Below are positions 62,201-64,000 of a stretch of DNA of 64,000 nucleotides, piece after piece. Under the pieces are notes generated by a model that saw only the letters and a program-made list of their open reading frames with translations, did not search any database and was not told the DNA's origin. Every line of letters starts with the position of its first letter. Position 1 is the stretch's first letter. The translations under genes and the position numbers were made by a program. Source of the stretch: Podarcis muralis (Eukaryota); contig NC_135671.1 in NCBI RefSeq assembly GCF_964188315.1, positions 10,106,001 through 10,170,000 on the forward strand, given 5' to 3'.

Positions 62201-63872
62201 TCTTTTCTTTTCAGGCTGATGCTGGCCTGACTGGCAGAAAGATCATTGTGGATACCTATGGAGGCTGGGGTGCTCATGGAGGGGGTGCTTTTTCAGGGAA
62301 AGATCCCTCCAAAGTTGATCGTTCAGGAGCCTATGCAGCTCGCTGGGTGGCAAAGTCGCTGGTGAAAGCAGGCCTTTGCAGGAGAGTATTGGTGCAGGTA
62401 AGAGGGGGCCAGTGGAGCCTTGGACCAAATGTGGGGGAATTGCACAACAGAGATGAAACCCAGTACGTTTGGAGGAAAGCTTTTATGCTGAGTGCTGCTT
62501 GATTAAAAACTGCTTGAAACAATTCTGCACTGCGGGTAACCTTAGGTGGTGTACACACTGCTGTTTACTCTGCATCCAGTGAGCTCTCACCAGTCGTTTG
62601 GGAAGCGGTAAAAGTTAAAGGTAAAGGGACCCCTGACCATTAGGTCCAGTCATGGCCGACTCTGGGGTTGCGGCACTCATCTCGCTTTATTGGCTGAGGG
62701 AGCCGGCGTACAGCTTCCGGGTCATGTGGCCAGCATGACTAAGCCGCTTCTGGCGAACCAGAGCAGCGCATGGAAACGCCGTTTACCTTCCCACTAGAGC
62801 AGTACCTATTTATCTACTTGCACTTTGACGTGCTTTCAAACTGCTAGGTTGGCAGGAGCAGGGACCGAGCAACGGGCGCTCACCCCGTCACAGAGATTTG
62901 AACTGCCGACCTTCTGATCGGCAAGCCCTAGGCTCTGTGGTTTAACCCACATCGCCACCTGGTACAGCCATTCATATCTATCCTGTTGTTTCTTACTAAG
63001 TGCTGCTATTCTGATCTGTTGTTCCCAAAACCAAATTTGATCTGAGCTGAGAAAAAGCATGACCTAATGCTGTTTTAAGCCAGCAACGTGTGCACAGCCT
63101 AAGTCTCGTTAGAGGAGATAGTGAAAAACTGTCCTAGGCTGTCGTTATTGAGTAGCACCAAATCTTTCCCTTGATAGAGTTTGCTTGAAATATTCTAAGA
63201 ACTGTTTGCAACTTTGCTCCCCTTGGATTTTTCTATAGCTGTTACTGATTCTCTATTTGTGAATCAAGGTTATCTTCCAGGCAGCATCCTTAGTCAATGG
63301 GAGCCATTGCGATGTTACAAATGCTGCATGTATTGTGGAAATCTTTTCAACTGGGTGATAAACAACAGGGGTTAATTGCATTCATAAAATGTATTAATTT
63401 TATGGGGGTGTGGGTACCTAAGTACATAACTGCTGTGCCTCATGTTGGTACTATGGATAGCACAGATTATACCAGTGTTTCCTCAAATCCCCTAATTACT
63501 AAGGGATCTCTTTTCTGAATGAAACTTGCGAGGGATGCTTCACACTTGCATCCAAAGTGGTTTAAAAAGAGCCAGTGTGGTGTGGTGTGGTGGAGAGAAA
63601 GTGTTGGACTTAGACAAGGGCAACCCTGGTTCAGGTATCCACTGATAAAGCAACCAGGAACAGATCCCAAGCTGTAATGCTATCAGTTCATATGAACTCA
63701 AATACTCTTCAGCTACAGCGAACTTCTATATCCTTCAGCTGTCTTACGCGATTGGATTGAGTCACCCACTGGCCATCTCGGTGTTCCATTACGGTACTTC
63801 GGACAGATCAGAAGATGAGCTGCTGGATATCATTCAGAAGAACTTTGACCTTCGCCTTGGGCCAATAATAAG
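51940..63872 (+). CDS. S-adenosylmethionine synthetase (MAT), divergent MAT2A-like paralogue, coding exons 1-8 (last exon beyond the window)
   Basis: Exons 51940-52012, 53614-53691, 56275-56397, 57351-57463, 58389-58532, 61162-61380, 62215-62397 and 63739-63872. Internal exon lengths 78/123/113/144/219/183/134 match the vertebrate MAT1A/MAT2A layout as recalled. Motifs [25 protein letters not shown] and GGGAFSGKD are present. All junctions are GT-AG and in frame. Confidence 0.93.
52259..52349. mobile_element. Short MITE (hAT-like)
   Basis: CATAGCTGTCAAC / GTTGACAACTATG inverted termini. Confidence 0.6.
52480..52729. mobile_element. Tigger-like MITE
   Basis: TA-CAGTGGTACCTTGG...CCAAGGTATGACTG-TA. 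Confidence 0.78.
53033..53073. repeat. (AAT)n microsatellite
   Basis: Direct read. Confidence 0.95.
53281..53324 (-). ncRNA. Minimal type I hammerhead ribozyme motif (Penelope-like), antisense in MAT intron 1
   Basis: Reverse complement TTGGTAT-CTGAAGA-A-GTGTGCATGCACAC-GAAAGCTC-ATACCAA, 7-bp helix I. Confidence 0.65.
53329..53366 (+). ncRNA. Minimal type I hammerhead ribozyme motif (Penelope-like), sense in MAT intron 1
   Basis: GTAT-CTGAAGA-A-GTGTGCATGCACAC-GAAAGCTC-ATAC, 4-bp helix I. Confidence 0.6.
54524..54872 (+). mobile_element. Sauria SINE, full length
   Basis: 16-bp TSD TATACACATCCATTAA at 54508-54523 and 54873-54888. Confidence 0.92.
55157..55333. mobile_element. hAT MITE
   Basis: TAGGGTTGCCAT / ATGACAGCCCTA termini; near-perfect 8-bp TSD TGGGATTA / TGAGATTA. 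Confidence 0.65.
55527..55785 (+). repeat. Duplicate of the MAT 5' region (51695-51953) inside intron 2
   Basis: 259 bp, 12 mismatches by manual count (about 95% identity); includes the splice acceptor and ATG. Confidence 0.92.
56108..56240. repeat. (TATC)n compound microsatellite just upstream of MAT exon 3
   Basis: Direct read. Confidence 0.95.
57574..57815. mobile_element. Tigger-like MITE
   Basis: Same family as 15228; TA TSD. Confidence 0.85.
58065..58310. mobile_element. Tigger-like MITE
   Basis: Same family as 10674; TA ends. Confidence 0.75.
59062..60020 (-). mobile_element. Sauria SINE (second subfamily) split by a solo LTR
   Basis: SINE runs 59062-59418 and resumes at 59986-60020. 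Confidence 0.88.
59419..59985 (-). mobile_element. Solo LTR (567 bp, Gypsy/ERV-type) containing an ORF
   Basis: TGTG...CACA ends; 5-bp TSD CTCAG at 59414-59418 and 59986-59990; ATAAA TATA-like motif at the ORF stop. Confidence 0.85.
60417..61017 (+). mobile_element. Non-LTR retrotransposon 3' end (clade uncertain) in MAT intron 5
   Basis: [23 protein letters not shown]...[12 protein letters not shown]; about 430-bp 3' UTR; (ATTG)n tail; 11-bp TSD GATCAGGATGC. Confidence 0.8.
61926..62183. mobile_element. Tc2-like MITE
   Basis: TA-CTGTATT...AAAAATACAG-TA; related to 913-1249. Confidence 0.75.
62611..62960 (-). mobile_element. Sauria SINE
   Basis: Colinear with the other copies. Confidence 0.88.
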
Positions 63873-64000
63873 GTTTGTGCTTTTAAAAATGGATCTTTGG
63901 ATGCCGACGGTAAAGTTTTCCCTTCAGATGAGAGACCAAGAACGTGTCCTCGCCTTAAGAGTGCACCCAGTGGATTTCTCACTTTGAAGAGAGGTCAGGA

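Noticed and set aside
1-64000. CRISPR-like or prokaryotic operon structure
   Set aside because: Spliced vertebrate genes and eukaryotic repeats throughout; no regularly spaced repeat-spacer array

Overview
Vertebrate genomic DNA, most likely a squamate (lizard): it carries many Sauria SINEs, BovB/RTE, L2, CR1, L1, Penelope-like remnants, hAT and Tc1/mariner MITEs and solo LTRs. I reconstructed six intron-containing genes by hand from splice signals and reading frame: GSTK1-like (-, exons 1-2, runs off the left edge), ATP5ME (-, complete, 71 aa), MYL5 (+, complete, 172 aa, one GC-AG intron), TMEM175 (-, complete, 497 aa), an intact TMEM139-like terminal exon (+) whose transmembrane exon I could not find, and a divergent S-adenosylmethionine synthetase (MAT) paralogue (+, coding exons 1-8, runs off the right edge). 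The most notable observations are: (1) the MAT keeps the core catalytic residues but has a rewritten gating loop and altered active-site motifs, and sits in a human-4p16.3-like block; (2) Penelope-type minimal hammerhead ribozyme motifs, including a back-to-back pair in MAT intron 1; (3) a solo LTR whose putative U3 is a 119-aa ORF with an RRSARL motif; (4) two in-frame GSTK1 start codons, the upstream one adding a mitochondrial-presequence-like peptide; (5) a near-intact L2 LINE apparently lacking ORF1; (6) a duplicated MAT 5' end inside its own intron 2. All homology calls come from recalled sequences, not database searches.
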